DNA from: Candidatus Doudnabacteria bacterium
Lineage (GTDB): Bacteria; Patescibacteriota; Doudnabacteria; UBA920
Length of the DNA stretch: 64,000 nt
Reading direction: 5' to 3'
Assembly: GCA_963768175.1 (NCBI GenBank)
Contig: CAVYGQ010000001.1
Span: 446,305 to 510,304 of the forward strand
Shown here: in pieces, positions 47,578-58,208 of the stretch
How positions within the stretch are numbered: position 1 is the first letter of the stretch
How the letters are laid out: every line of letters begins with the position of its first letter
Program-made: the position numbers and the translations under genes
The notes under the pieces: generated by a model
Told to the model about the DNA's origin: nothing
Seen by the model: only the letters and a program-made list of their open reading frames with translations
The model's database searches: none

Positions 47578-48071
47578 CCCGGCCCCGATGCGCCCCCGCC
47601 AAAGTCCGGCCAAAAGCGCGGAACTAGCTAGTCGCACTTAAAGCCAAAACGCAACCTGCGGCGGGAAGTTCACACCTTGAACTTCCCGCCGCCTCACCTC
47701 TTGTGGAAAACACAGATAATCCAACAAAATCAGGCTAAATTTGCTTATTTGACAAAAAAAAATAATCTGCTAATATAATAAAGTAAAACTAAATACTAGA
47801 GTTAAAAAAAACACCCTATCTAATTTCCGGAGTATTCCGCCAAAAAGGTGTTTATTTTAATTTATTAATAAATTTTCTACGAAATACCTGCCCGCCAAAG
47901 TTAATTTACTATAGTCGCTTTAGATGTCAATTGACCGCCTGACGCTACTATAAAAATTTTCATTGGCAGGCGTGCGAAAATAACGAAATACTAAATCTGG
48001 AATTTTAGATTTCGTATTTAGCCCCTTTCGTATTTGGTAGATGAACAAAGCGGGGGGAGAAAGAAAAGTAT

Positions 48072-49193
48072 ATGACAAACGGCAAAATAATGGCCGAATA
48101 CATTTGGCTGGACGGCCGAAAGCCCACGGCTAAACTGAGATCTAAAACTAAAGTCATTGACGGGCCGGTAAGAAAGCTGGAGGACGTCCCCGCTTGGGCA
48201 TTTGACGGCTCCTCCACCGAACAATCCGAAGGCCACTTTTCGGATTGCCTGCTCAAGCCGGTTTACTATGTTCCCGACCCGATAAACTTGGGCGACAATA
48301 TTTTGGTAATGTGCGAAGTCTTAAATCCCGACGGCAGACCGCATCCCAGCAACACCCGCCGCGTTTTAGCGAATGTGGCGGAAAAATATAAAGATATGGA
48401 GCCATGGTTTGGCATTGAGCAGGAATATACGCTTTACCGCAAGGAATGGCCCTTAGGCTGGCCCAAAGACGGCTTTCCGCATCCGCAGGGACGCTACTAT
48501 TGCGGCGTAGGCTACGACGAAGTCCACGGCCGGCCGCTAATCCAAGCGCATCTAAAAGCCTGCATTTATTCCGGCCTGTCCATTTACGGCATTAACGCCG
48601 AAGTGATGCCGGCGCAATGGGAATTCCAAATCGGCGCCCTGCCACCTTTGGAAGTCGGCGACCAGCTCTGGTTGGCGCGCTGGCTGCTTTACCGCCTGGG
48701 CGAACAGGAAGAGCACCAGGTTTACGCCAAGCTGGACCCCAAACCCATGCCCGGGGATTGGAACGGCGCCGGCGGCCATACCAACTTTTCCACCCGCTTG
48801 ATGCGTGAAACCGGCGGCCTGGAAGTAATTAAGCAGGCCTGCGAAAAACTCGGCAAATTCCACCGCCAGCACATCCGCGTTTACGGCGCCGATAATGATA
48901 AAAGGCTGACCGGCAAACACGAGACCTGCAGCATTTATGAATTCCGCTACGGTGTGGCGGACCGCGGCGCTTCGGTACGCATCCCTATCAGCACGGCCAA
49001 TGCCGGCCGCGGCTTTTTGGAAGACCGCCGCCCAGCCGCCAATTTAGATCCTTACCAAATTTGCACCGCGTTAATAGAAACCACCTGCGGCGATGGCTTT
49101 GATCCGGACAAATACGGCTGGGAAAATTTTAAATTCCCGGAAGAAAAACAGACGCAAAGGACGCTCCCCGTTGTTCCTTCTCCCATGAAATAA
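48072..49193 (+). CDS. glnII: Glutamine synthetase type II
   Basis: AEYIWLDG, FDGSSTEQ, FGIEQEY, GINAEVMPAQWEFQ, DWNGAGGHTNFST, RLTGKHET, EDRRPAAN; 373 aa. Confidence 0.93.
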   Translation: MTNGKIMAEYIWLDGRKPTAKLRSKTKVIDGPVRKLEDVPAWAFDGSSTEQSEGHFSDCLLKPVYYVPDPINLGDNILVMCEVLNPDGRPHPSNTRRVLANVAEKYKDMEPWFGIEQEYTLYRKEWPLGWPKDGFPHPQGRYYCGVGYDEVHGRPLIQAHLKACIYSGLSIYGINAEVMPAQWEFQIGALPPLEVGDQLWLARWLLYRLGEQEEHQVYAKLDPKPMPGDWNGAGGHTNFSTRLMRETGGLEVIKQACEKLGKFHRQHIRVYGADNDKRLTGKHETCSIYEFRYGVADRGASVRIPISTANAGRGFLEDRRPAANLDPYQICTALIETTCGDGFDPDKYGWENFKFPEEKQTQRTLPVVPSPMK

Positions 49194-49253
49194 AATAACC
49201 AATTAACAAAGAGACTCTTTGCACTGCGCAAAGAGTCTCTTTGTTTTTTTAAT

Positions 49254-50504
49254 CTAAATCCTTATCTGCCCACTGCCCTCCACCATCCATTTATAAGAAG
49301 TTAAGGCTCCCAAACCCATCGGGCCGCGGGCGTGGAGTTTTTGGGTGGAAATGCCGACTTCCGCGCCCATGCCAAACTGTCCGCCGTCGGTAAAATAAGT
49401 TGAGGCATTATGATAGACGGCGGCCGCATCAATTTCTTTCAGGAAAATTGACGCGTGATGTTTATTATTCGTCAAAATAGCTTCCGAATGCCCGGAAGTA
49501 TGCTTTTTTATAAATTTCAGCCCTTCGGTAAAACTGTTGACGGTTTTTACGGACATTTTTAGCGATAAGAACTCCACGCCAAAATGTTCCGGCCCGGCCT
49601 TCTGCAAAAGCTCGGCGGGATAAATATTTTTTAAAATTCGACGGGAAGGCGCGTCGGCAAAAATTTTCACGCGATATTCGGCCAAAGGCGCGGCCAAAGC
49701 CTGCAATAATTCTTTGACCATCGGTTTATTTACCACAAGAGTATCTAAGGCATTACATACACTCGGCCGCCTGGTTTTGGCGTTGACGATTATGGCTACG
49801 GACTTTTTAATATTGTAATCATCCGCAAAAGTATGGCAGACGCCGGCACCGGTTTCTATAACGGGCAAGCGGGAGTTTTCCCGTACCCAATTGATTAAAT
49901 TGTTGCTGCCGCGGGGAATTAGCACGTCAACCAGTCCGTGCGCGCTAAGCAAATCTTTTTTCCATTCCGATTTTGGATCAATCAGCAACACCGCTTCTCT
50001 CGGCAACCCGTGTTTTTTTAACACTTGGCGGAATAACGAAACTAAAATTTTATTGGACTTAAAAGCTTCCTTGCCGCCTTTAAGCACCACGGCATTGCCG
50101 GTTTTTAAGGCCAAAACTGCCAAATCCACGGTCACGTTGGGACGGGATTCGTAAATAACGCCGACAACTCCCAGCGGCACGGAAACCTTGCTTATTTTTA
50201 AGCCGTTGGGGCGGCTGCTAAAATCTAAAACCCGGTTTAAAGGATCGGGCAACGCGGCAACATCAACAACAGATTTTATAATCCCCTTGATTTTTTTGGG
50301 ATTTAATTCCAGCCGCTCCCTAACCGATTCGTCACCGCCGAATGCTTTAAGGTCTTTTTGGTTGGCCGCTAAGATTTTTTTTGCATTTTTTAAAATGGCT
50401 TTGGCGCCATCGCGCAATAACCGGCTGCGATCGCCGGACGGCAAACCCGCCAGTTTGACGCTGGCTCGTTTGGTTTTTTTCAGTTTTACGGTTAAATCAC
50501 CCAT
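49254..50504 (-). CDS. proA: Gamma-glutamyl phosphate reductase
   Basis: VPLGVVGVIYESRPNVT, CNALDT, SGHSEAI, GAEVGISTQKLHARGP motifs. Confidence 0.96.
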   Translation of the reverse strand: MGDLTVKLKKTKRASVKLAGLPSGDRSRLLRDGAKAILKNAKKILAANQKDLKAFGGDESVRERLELNPKKIKGIIKSVVDVAALPDPLNRVLDFSSRPNGLKISKVSVPLGVVGVIYESRPNVTVDLAVLALKTGNAVVLKGGKEAFKSNKILVSLFRQVLKKHGLPREAVLLIDPKSEWKKDLLSAHGLVDVLIPRGSNNLINWVRENSRLPVIETGAGVCHTFADDYNIKKSVAIIVNAKTRRPSVCNALDTLVVNKPMVKELLQALAAPLAEYRVKIFADAPSRRILKNIYPAELLQKAGPEHFGVEFLSLKMSVKTVNSFTEGLKFIKKHTSGHSEAILTNNKHHASIFLKEIDAAAVYHNASTYFTDGGQFGMGAEVGISTQKLHARGPMGLGALTSYKWMVEGSGQIRI

Positions 50505-51270
50505 TGCTTAACTCCTTCGCCCTTAAAAAAGCGGCTTTCACGGCTTGCGCGATTATTTTATCAACAGATCGTTTTTGGAAAACTTTTAACGCCGCGTCGG
50601 TTGTTCCTTTTTTTGACCGCACCTTCTTAATCAATTCCTGGTAATCCGCGCCTTTCTGCAATTCGGCCGCTGCGGACAAAGTTTTTTCCACGAGCGTCCG
50701 GCTTTGGGCAGAAGTTAATCCCAACGCCCGCGCCGATAGAACCAAAGCATTCGCCAAATAAAAAAAGTAAGCCGGGCCGCTGCCAGAGATAGCGGTAACG
50801 GCGTCAATCAAACCTTCGTCTTTGACTTCAAAATTCTCCGTAATGCCGTCCAAAACACGCCTGACGGCCTTTTTGTCGAACAATAAAAGTCCCGCGGACT
50901 TCCAAGCCGCAATCCCCTGCCCTACGGCCAAGCCCAAATTAGGCATCATCCTGACAATTTTTTTATGGCTAAACAAACCAGCCAGTTTTTTTATGGGCAA
51001 ACCGGCGGCAATGGAAATAATAATAATTTTCGGATCAACCAGTTGGCGAACCTGCCCGGCCAGCGACGGCACGTCCTGTGGCTTGACAGCAATAATAATA
51101 AAATCAGACTTTTTTAAATTAGCCAATTCCGCATAGCCGACCCCGGCCACGGCTTTAACTTTATCCCGATTCCTATCATAAACAGAAACCTTAAAACCCT
51201 TAGCTTTAACCAAAGCTTTGCCTATAGCCTGCCCCATATTCCCAAATCCAATAATAAATACTTTTTTCAT
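50497..51270 (-). CDS. proC: Pyrroline-5-carboxylate reductase
   Basis: IGFGNMG, AVKPQ, RMMPN, TAISGSGPAY, SKKGTT motifs. Confidence 0.95.
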   Translation of the reverse strand: MKKVFIIGFGNMGQAIGKALVKAKGFKVSVYDRNRDKVKAVAGVGYAELANLKKSDFIIIAVKPQDVPSLAGQVRQLVDPKIIIISIAAGLPIKKLAGLFSHKKIVRMMPNLGLAVGQGIAAWKSAGLLLFDKKAVRRVLDGITENFEVKDEGLIDAVTAISGSGPAYFFYLANALVLSARALGLTSAQSRTLVEKTLSAAAELQKGADYQELIKKVRSKKGTTDAALKVFQKRSVDKIIAQAVKAAFLRAKELSNG

Positions 51271-51292
51271 AAATATCCTTCCGCAAAAGGTT

Positions 51293-52378
51293 TTAAGCCG
51301 GAATTTTAATTACCGCCATGTGGTCGGAATGGATGACTTCCTTTTCCAAATTCCAGCTGTGACCCAAATTTTTGCGCAAAGCCAAGGCATTTTGGATTTC
51401 CTTTAGACTATAGTTAACTTTACCGTAAGCCACGGCCAAGCCGGTTTTATCTATAACCTCCACTATCTCTCCTTTGTCAAACATGCCGCGGCAGGAAACA
51501 ATTCCGGGCAAAAGCAAACTTTTGGATTTACCCAGGGCGGCGGCAGCGCCGGCATCAACAACGAGCTGCCCAAACCCCTTGGCCGCAAGCAGCCAGCGCT
51601 TTTGCTCATTAATGCCTTTGACTTCCAGCGGTAAAAACTTTGTGCCAATGTGCGGCGAGCCAAGAGCCTTGGCCAAGACCCCCGCGGTGCGGCCGTCGGC
51701 AATAATGGTTTCCACGCCAGCGTTGGTGGCCTGCTTGGCCGCGCGAATCTTGCTGAGCATGCCGCCGCGGCCGCCGGTAGATTTTCCTATGCTGCACAAG
51801 TGTTCCAGTTCAAAACCCACATTCTTGACTTCCTTGACAAGCTCGGCTTTCTTGTCCCAATTGGGATCGGCGGTAAAAAAACCCTGTTGGTTGGTTAAAA
51901 TTATCAGCTTGTCGGCGGCAATTGCCGCCGCCACCATGCCGGCAAGCACATCGTTGTCGCCGGTAACCAAATCGGCCTTGGAAATTACGTCATTGCCGTT
52001 AATTATGGGTAAAACGCCCGCCTTAAGCATGCCGTTTATAACTTCAACCAAATTAACGTAGCGCTCTTTATCGGTAAGCTCACTGCGCAAAATCAGCAAC
52101 TGTCCGACTTCAGCGTTATGCTCTGCCGCGTATTTCCCGTAAAGCTGCATCATATACGGTTGGCCAATGGCCGCCCAAATTTGTTTATTCTCCTCGCTTT
52201 TCAGCACGGGCAGGCGCGCCCGCCCCGAGCCCACCGCGCCGCTGCTGACCAAAACCACTTCGTGTCCTTCTTGGCGGAGCTCAAAAACTTCCGCGGTCAG
52301 CCTTTTAACCACGGAAGTTTGGATAACATCGGAGTTATCCGTTAAAACGTTTGTCCCAACTTTTACGACTATGCGCAT
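51293..52378 (-). CDS. proB: Glutamate 5-kinase with PUA domain
   Basis: VVKVGT, VSSGAV, GDNDVL, GGMLSK motifs; C-terminal PUA domain. Confidence 0.95.
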   Translation of the reverse strand: MRIVVKVGTNVLTDNSDVIQTSVVKRLTAEVFELRQEGHEVVLVSSGAVGSGRARLPVLKSEENKQIWAAIGQPYMMQLYGKYAAEHNAEVGQLLILRSELTDKERYVNLVEVINGMLKAGVLPIINGNDVISKADLVTGDNDVLAGMVAAAIAADKLIILTNQQGFFTADPNWDKKAELVKEVKNVGFELEHLCSIGKSTGGRGGMLSKIRAAKQATNAGVETIIADGRTAGVLAKALGSPHIGTKFLPLEVKGINEQKRWLLAAKGFGQLVVDAGAAAALGKSKSLLLPGIVSCRGMFDKGEIVEVIDKTGLAVAYGKVNYSLKEIQNALALRKNLGHSWNLEKEVIHSDHMAVIKIPA

Positions 52379-52481
52379 TGGAAAAATTTAAAATTCAAAA
52401 ATCAAAATTAAAAATGTAGGCGTTTTGCCTGAAGGCAAAAATTCAATTATTTTGAACTTTGATTTTTACATTTTGCATTAT

Positions 52482-52853
52482 TTACACCCTGCCGTAATCG
52501 TCCTCAAACCTCTCAATATCGCTTTCATCATAATGACCGGTTTGGGATTCAATAAAAATTAAATCCTGGCTCTTAGAAGTATTTATTACTCTGTGCTTAT
52601 CGCCTGCTTTAATATCAACAAAACTTCCCACTTTGACTGGCAGTTCGTTACCGTTTAGAATTACCCTGCCTTGACCCTGGACAAAAAACCAATGTTCGTT
52701 GCGTTGTTTGTGGAACTGGTAGGAAACTCTTTGTCCGGGCTTGATTGTCATCTTTTTTACGCAAACATCAAAAAACCCGGGTTCATTTACCAAAAATTCA
52801 GTTAATATTTCATAACTGCCCCAGGGGCGGTTTTCCGTATAATGTCCAGCCAT
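52482..52853 (-). CDS. Mannose-6-phosphate isomerase type II C-terminal cupin
   Basis: RPWGSY, SYQFHKQRNEHW, ESDIERFEDDYGR; start re-placed at MAGHY. Confidence 0.88.
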   Translation of the reverse strand: MAGHYTENRPWGSYEILTEFLVNEPGFFDVCVKKMTIKPGQRVSYQFHKQRNEHWFFVQGQGRVILNGNELPVKVGSFVDIKAGDKHRVINTSKSQDLIFIESQTGHYDESDIERFEDDYGRV

Positions 52854-52981
52854 ATATAGATTATAACAAATAAACGGGTGGTTAAAAAGGGGTCTGTTGC
52901 CGCAATCGCCAAAAGGACCTCTTGGCAATTTTGGGCAAAAAAACGATTTGTTAACCAGCCAAGATGGATTATAATTACTTC

Positions 52982-53629
52982 ATGAAGCAAATATTATTTA
53001 CATTTTTAATTTTAGGCTTTATTTCCGCCGGCTGCGGAGTTACCGGTCAGAGCCAAACACAATCGCCGCCGCCGACTGCAAACGCGCCTGCGGCAACATC
53101 GTCAATCGTTTCTAAGCCAAATAAAGCGCCAGAGCTTCATGAACCGATTAGTGGCGGGCTTTCCAGAGTAACAAAAAAACCTTTTGGTCTTTACGTTTCG
53201 CCCGGCCACTCACCTGTTTCCCCGGAAAGATTCACCGGCTACCACACGGGCATTGATTTTGAAACCACGCCCCAGGAGCAGAATACGGACGTAGGCGTAT
53301 ACGCGGCCTGCAGCGGCAAACTTTTGCTTAAAAAATACGCTTCCGGTTACGGTGGCGTTGCCGTGCAGGCTTGCAAACTGGACGGCCAGGATGTGACAAT
53401 TATTTACGGCCACCTAAGGCTTTCCAGCATCGCTCCCAACGTTGGCGACGTTCTTTCGCCCGGGCAACAAATTGCGGTTTTAGGCACGGGATACTCCAGC
53501 GAAACCGACGGCGAAAGAAAACATCTGCACTTTGGCGTCCATAAAACAGCGGCGATAAACATTTTGGGTTACGTACAAAAACAATCCGAACTAAGCGGCT
53601 GGCTGGACCCGGCACAATATTTAAAATGA
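52982..53629 (+). CDS. M23 family metallopeptidase lipoprotein
   Basis: Lipobox SAGC; HTGIDF, YGHL, HLHFG motifs. Confidence 0.9.
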   Translation: MKQILFTFLILGFISAGCGVTGQSQTQSPPPTANAPAATSSIVSKPNKAPELHEPISGGLSRVTKKPFGLYVSPGHSPVSPERFTGYHTGIDFETTPQEQNTDVGVYAACSGKLLLKKYASGYGGVAVQACKLDGQDVTIIYGHLRLSSIAPNVGDVLSPGQQIAVLGTGYSSETDGERKHLHFGVHKTAAINILGYVQKQSELSGWLDPAQYLK

Positions 53630-53813
53630 TTATTTATCATGGCCCGGCCAAAGAGCGCCTTTGATATCCTTCGCACCAAAATTAAAACTTTATACGTAAA
53701 TCTATTACAAGGCCGCGGCTCACCCCCTGGCCTTTTCCATAAGAATAAAATCAGGAGCGCTTTTGTTAAAACGCTCTTAAACCGTAACAAAATTTATCTT
53801 AACTGTAATATTA

Positions 53814-54620
53814 TCAAGCAAGTGAAACGAGTTTTTCAAAGACTATTTTTGCATAGTCAAACCTTTTGTAAATCTTCCGCCCTATCGACTTGATGCTTGT
53901 GACAAAATCAACTGTTCCGGTAAGGAAAACCTCGTCTGCAATCAATAAATCTCGCAGGGCTAATTCCTTTTCCGTAACTTTAAAATGTTTTAATATCAAT
54001 TTTCTGGTAACACCCGGCAGCGGCCCCGATTTAAGGGACGGCGTGAACAGCTTATTGTTTTTAACTAAAAATATATTCGCGGTGGCGGCCTCGATTATTT
54101 TGTCATTTTCATTTAAAAAGATCACTTCTTTTATTTTGGTATCTCTGGTCTTTGATAAAACTTCTGCGGCTAGCCCATAATTTAGGCCTTTTATTGAACG
54201 GCCGGAGCTGTCTTGGCTAAACTTTTTTATCGGCGAAATTATGGCACTAATTTTTCCCAGGGGGTTAAAATCCCTTTTGGAGAAAATTATTATTAAAGTT
54301 GGCACGGTCTGCGACGATAAACCCTGGCTTCCCTTACCCTTGGTAACTATCAGGCGGACAAAGGCGTCTTTCTGCTTAAACTTTTTGTAATAATGGCTTA
54401 ACAGTTTGGCCAACTCCTGTCTTGAGACGGGAATCTTTATGTTTGCACCGTTGGCGGACTTATATAAACGTTCCAAGTGTTCCCTAATAAAAAACGGCTT
54501 ACCGCTAAATACCCTATAAGTATCAAAGACACCGTCTCCATAAAGAAAACCATGGTCAAACACACTGATTTTATCAGTTATTTTACCATTTATAATCACT
54601 AATGGTCGTGGAGTAGGCAC
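53814..54620 (-). CDS. Class IV PLP aminotransferase (IlvE/PabC family)
   Basis: DHGFLYGDGVFDT, IKGLNY, EAATANIF, LPGVTR, ADEVFLTGT motifs. Confidence 0.9.
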   Translation of the reverse strand: MPTPRPLVIINGKITDKISVFDHGFLYGDGVFDTYRVFSGKPFFIREHLERLYKSANGANIKIPVSRQELAKLLSHYYKKFKQKDAFVRLIVTKGKGSQGLSSQTVPTLIIIFSKRDFNPLGKISAIISPIKKFSQDSSGRSIKGLNYGLAAEVLSKTRDTKIKEVIFLNENDKIIEAATANIFLVKNNKLFTPSLKSGPLPGVTRKLILKHFKVTEKELALRDLLIADEVFLTGTVDFVTSIKSIGRKIYKRFDYAKIVFEKLVSLA

Positions 54621-54673
54621 TTAAATCAGCTTGGCGATAAGATCACGTAGCTGGAGAGTTCAATTAAAATTAT

Positions 54674-55433
54674 TTATTGTTTTGTCACATACTGTCCGCT
54701 AACCCAGCCCTGTTCAAAGCCGCTGTAAGTTATTTGGTACCAATTATTCTGTACCTTGGTATAAGTGTAAATTTCTCCGGGGTGCACCTGGGTGAGCACT
54801 TTGCCGGAAATGGACGGCGCGTTTCTGACATTTAAAAATCCGGTGGGCGTGGAGTTAATTTTAACCTGTAAAATTGCCACGGGGGTAGTTGTGGCAGCTG
54901 CGGGGGGAGTTGTAGTGGACGCAACCGGCGGCGTCCCTCCAGCCAAAGGAAAGGGTTGTGAGGCATTATTTGTAGCCGCAGGAGCCGGATGATAATGCCC
55001 TATAACCGGCGCCTGACCCCTGCCTAATTCCCAAACATAAAGTTCATAACCTCCGGCCACTAAAATAAGTAAAACTATAAAAATAAGCAGCCATCTCCCA
55101 ATATGGTGGTTTTTTTTGTTTACCGAAGCAAAAACCGAAGCCGGCATTAGCTTGGGCTCGGGTACCAACTCAGGTTTGCTTAAAACGGGGGTTATTACGG
55201 GCGGCTCCGACGGCCCGGACGGCTCGGAAATCAGTTCTTTTTCCTTTTGGCTCAAATTGGTCTTCACTAAAACTACGTCTTGGGTGTTTTTTGGCGAATT
55301 TATGCCTTCTACAAGCGGTTTTACGGGCTTGATAGGCTTATCGGGAACAGCTTTCTTAGGCTTAACCGGCTGGGTTTTGGGCTGGCTTGGCGCGCCGTCC
55401 TCGGGGATTATAGAGTTCTATTTCGTTGTCCAT
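54674..55433 (-). CDS. Membrane-anchored bacterial SH3 domain protein, apparent frameshift near 55420
   Basis: LNVRNAPS..WYQI..GWVSGQYV; frame stays open upstream of 55267 to about 55417, while ATG 55433 is one base off. Confidence 0.7.
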
Positions 55434-55539
55434 TTTTTTAAGCGGATAATTTTTAACGTTTACCCCGTAAACTTGTTGTCCAGGGTTATCAAGTTTATTA
55501 TACCACTTTTTCAAACAAACTAAAAATGTACGAGAACTT

Positions 55540-57267
55540 TTATTTTGTTCCCACGAGATTTATGTTTTTTAGGGAAAAATTCATGTCAACTCCGCGTAAT
55601 GAAGAATAGACATCATAGCCTCCGACCACTGCGTCATCTGCGGTAAAGCCGGACGGCGGGGTAACATATTTTTCGTATAAGCCTTTGAAATCAATACTGA
55701 ACGTATGGTATCCACTACCGGGAGAAATTGCCGAAAAACTAATACCCGCGGCCGAAGGGTTAATCATCACAGTACAGCCATATTGGTTATTGGCCGGGTT
55801 AACGACGCAGCTTGAGCCCTGCCAAAATATATCTTTATTTGCCACCGGCTGGGCATTGTAAACGTGTACGCTAAAAATATCCCCTCTAACCCAGGTTCCG
55901 TCAGGCTTAAAGTAATTTACCCTAAAATCACCGGACACATAACCCCAAGGGTCGGTGACGTTTTGAAATGGCGCCTCGTAACCGCTTGGGCAACTCAAAG
56001 CGGGATTGATATTCTGGGCTGAAATATTTAAATCAAACGATCCAGTTATGTCCTTAAATTGTCCGAGGCTCGTATTTGGGCGTATTGAGGAGCTGCCGTC
56101 AAAAGAAACGCCGACCTCGCGGACTTGGCTTGTGCATTGGGAAAGAGGATAAGCGTGGTTTGCATAGGATAATTCCAGCGGAGTGCCGTTTCCGGCGCCG
56201 CTTACGCTTACGTCCCAGCCCGGCCACTTTTGCCAATCGGTGGACTTCCACCAAAAACGCGTATCATTATAATAAGATTCGCACGCGCCGTTGGAAGCCG
56301 GCATATTAGTAACATTATCTACGTTTGTTCCCTGCAAACCTTGCGGACATAATCCAGGCGGATTTCCAACCAAAGACGCCTGCGCTAAAGATGTCCCCGC
56401 CGAAACCCACGGGGCGGTGACAGCGGTCTTGCTTACGTCGTCTACAATTGTTTTTCCCGAAATATAGTCTGGTCCGGGATTATATAAAAGGCTAACGGAA
56501 GTGGTAGTAGCCGGGGTTGAAGTGGGAATCGGAGTAGGGTTGGGGGGAGGTAAAATAATTATTGGTGTTGGCGAGGAAGTGGGGGGAGAAGTTAAAACGT
56601 ATCCCTGGTTAAGATTGGATCCCGGAGGCGGTGTTGTGTTTGAAGAAGAAGTTGTAGTGGTTGCCGGCAGTAATCCGCCGGGGGCTTGTTTGCAACATGG
56701 CACTACGACAGCTTGGCCTGTGACACGCGGATCATTGGCAACCAGTGGCGGTAAATTGGGATTGCCTTTAAGCACAGCCAAATCATACTTATTTGCTTTA
56801 ACAATAAATTTGCTTTGCCCGCCGTTGTTTAAAAATACTGCCCAGGAAGGCACCGGAATTAAACCCTGTTGAGCGGAATAATAAACCGTACCGTTATATA
56901 AAAGCCAGCTGCCCCAAGGGTGCACCATATTAATATTGCTTAATATATAAATCTGGGGAAGGCTGTAATTGCTCAGGTCACCGTTAACCACATTGTGCAA
57001 AGAATAGCCCAAACCGACAAAAGCTTTCCAACTCGTAAACGGAATTTTGGTTGTGCCGCTGATAAAATAGATGGTGGCATTGTCATTTACTAATGAACCG
57101 GTAGGGTAAACCATGACAGAAGACAATGCACCCACGTCTGTGCCTGCCGCGTTATTAAGTCCCTGTGAAATATCTCCCATAGTTAGAGCTGTTGATTTTT
57201 GGTTAGCAAAAAAACCGATGGACAGGATTATTAATGCTGCTGTTGTTATTGCCAATTTTTTACTCAT
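55540..57267 (-). CDS. Secreted surface protein with N-terminal GSLVND..TIY repeats and Pro/Thr linker
   Basis: 575 aa; signal peptide; repeat module resembles the C-terminus of the 60879 protein. Confidence 0.78.
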   Translation of the reverse strand: MSKKLAITTAALIILSIGFFANQKSTALTMGDISQGLNNAAGTDVGALSSVMVYPTGSLVNDNATIYFISGTTKIPFTSWKAFVGLGYSLHNVVNGDLSNYSLPQIYILSNINMVHPWGSWLLYNGTVYYSAQQGLIPVPSWAVFLNNGGQSKFIVKANKYDLAVLKGNPNLPPLVANDPRVTGQAVVVPCCKQAPGGLLPATTTTSSSNTTPPPGSNLNQGYVLTSPPTSSPTPIIILPPPNPTPIPTSTPATTTSVSLLYNPGPDYISGKTIVDDVSKTAVTAPWVSAGTSLAQASLVGNPPGLCPQGLQGTNVDNVTNMPASNGACESYYNDTRFWWKSTDWQKWPGWDVSVSGAGNGTPLELSYANHAYPLSQCTSQVREVGVSFDGSSSIRPNTSLGQFKDITGSFDLNISAQNINPALSCPSGYEAPFQNVTDPWGYVSGDFRVNYFKPDGTWVRGDIFSVHVYNAQPVANKDIFWQGSSCVVNPANNQYGCTVMINPSAAGISFSAISPGSGYHTFSIDFKGLYEKYVTPPSGFTADDAVVGGYDVYSSLRGVDMNFSLKNINLVGTK

Positions 57268-57360
57268 AAATATATTTTTTTATATTATTCTCCCTGTATT
57301 ATAGCAAATAATGCGAATAAACGCCCAAACAGGGGCAAAACAAGCCTAATGTGTTAAAAT

Positions 57361-58173
57361 ATGGTTATGGATATGAACTCCCCTATCATTTGTTTCGGCC
57401 AGCAACCATGCGGGTTTTTCCCCAAACGATTTTTGGCCGCTAAAATCAATACTGCCCGCGGCTTGCAAAAAGAGCTTGGCGGCAAGATTGTCTTTTTTTA
57501 CCATGACAGCGATGCGGACTACCGGGAAACTATTACTATAATGATTGACAAAGCCAAAACCGCCGACTTGTCCGCCGAAGCTTTAGCGAAGGCGGAGGTC
57601 CGCTTAAATTTTACCCAGGAAAACAAGCTGCAAAAAAAATTCTCCCCTCTTTACTTAAAACGGATTCCGACCGGCTGGAAAGAGGAAGTTTTAAAACAGC
57701 TGCCTCGGTTTGTTGATAAAAGTTTAATCGATATTTTTAAATCGACTAATAGAAAATTTGTCGCGGACTTTTGCCTGGAAATGTACCGCAAAATGGGGCT
57801 GCTGGAAGGAATCCAAATTTTAAGGTCGTCCGATAAAAGCTTTAGGGAGCAGGCGCCGGAGCTTGCGGGAGAGTTCTTTGCTGATGTAGAATATCAAGGC
57901 GAGACTGTCCGGGCGCAAATGCTGGACGGCCGTTTACGACTGCACGAAGGCGGCGGAAAATACACCCAAATCCCCATGCCGGTCAAAATAGAAAAATGGC
58001 AAAAATCGGCGAGCCGCGACCAGCGCTTTGCCTGGATGCAGTCGGTTATTAACTGTACCCACTATATATACGGCGAAGGCGAGAAAGAATATTTGGATAC
58101 CAAGCCGTTTCCCGAAATTAATTTTATTGACCGCGAAAAAATTGACCAGGCCGGTTATGCCTGGCTTGGCTGA
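57361..58173 (+). CDS. Short BshC-like protein (putative bacillithiol cysteine-adding enzyme)
   Basis: FGQQPCG, AAK, VFFYHDSDADYRE, YIYGEGEKEY resemble BshC motifs; adjacent to bshB1 and bshA. Confidence 0.6.
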   Translation: MVMDMNSPIICFGQQPCGFFPKRFLAAKINTARGLQKELGGKIVFFYHDSDADYRETITIMIDKAKTADLSAEALAKAEVRLNFTQENKLQKKFSPLYLKRIPTGWKEEVLKQLPRFVDKSLIDIFKSTNRKFVADFCLEMYRKMGLLEGIQILRSSDKSFREQAPELAGEFFADVEYQGETVRAQMLDGRLRLHEGGGKYTQIPMPVKIEKWQKSASRDQRFAWMQSVINCTHYIYGEGEKEYLDTKPFPEINFIDREKIDQAGYAWLG

Positions 58174-58208
58174 CTAACCACTAAGCACTAACAACTAACC
58201 ACTATCTT

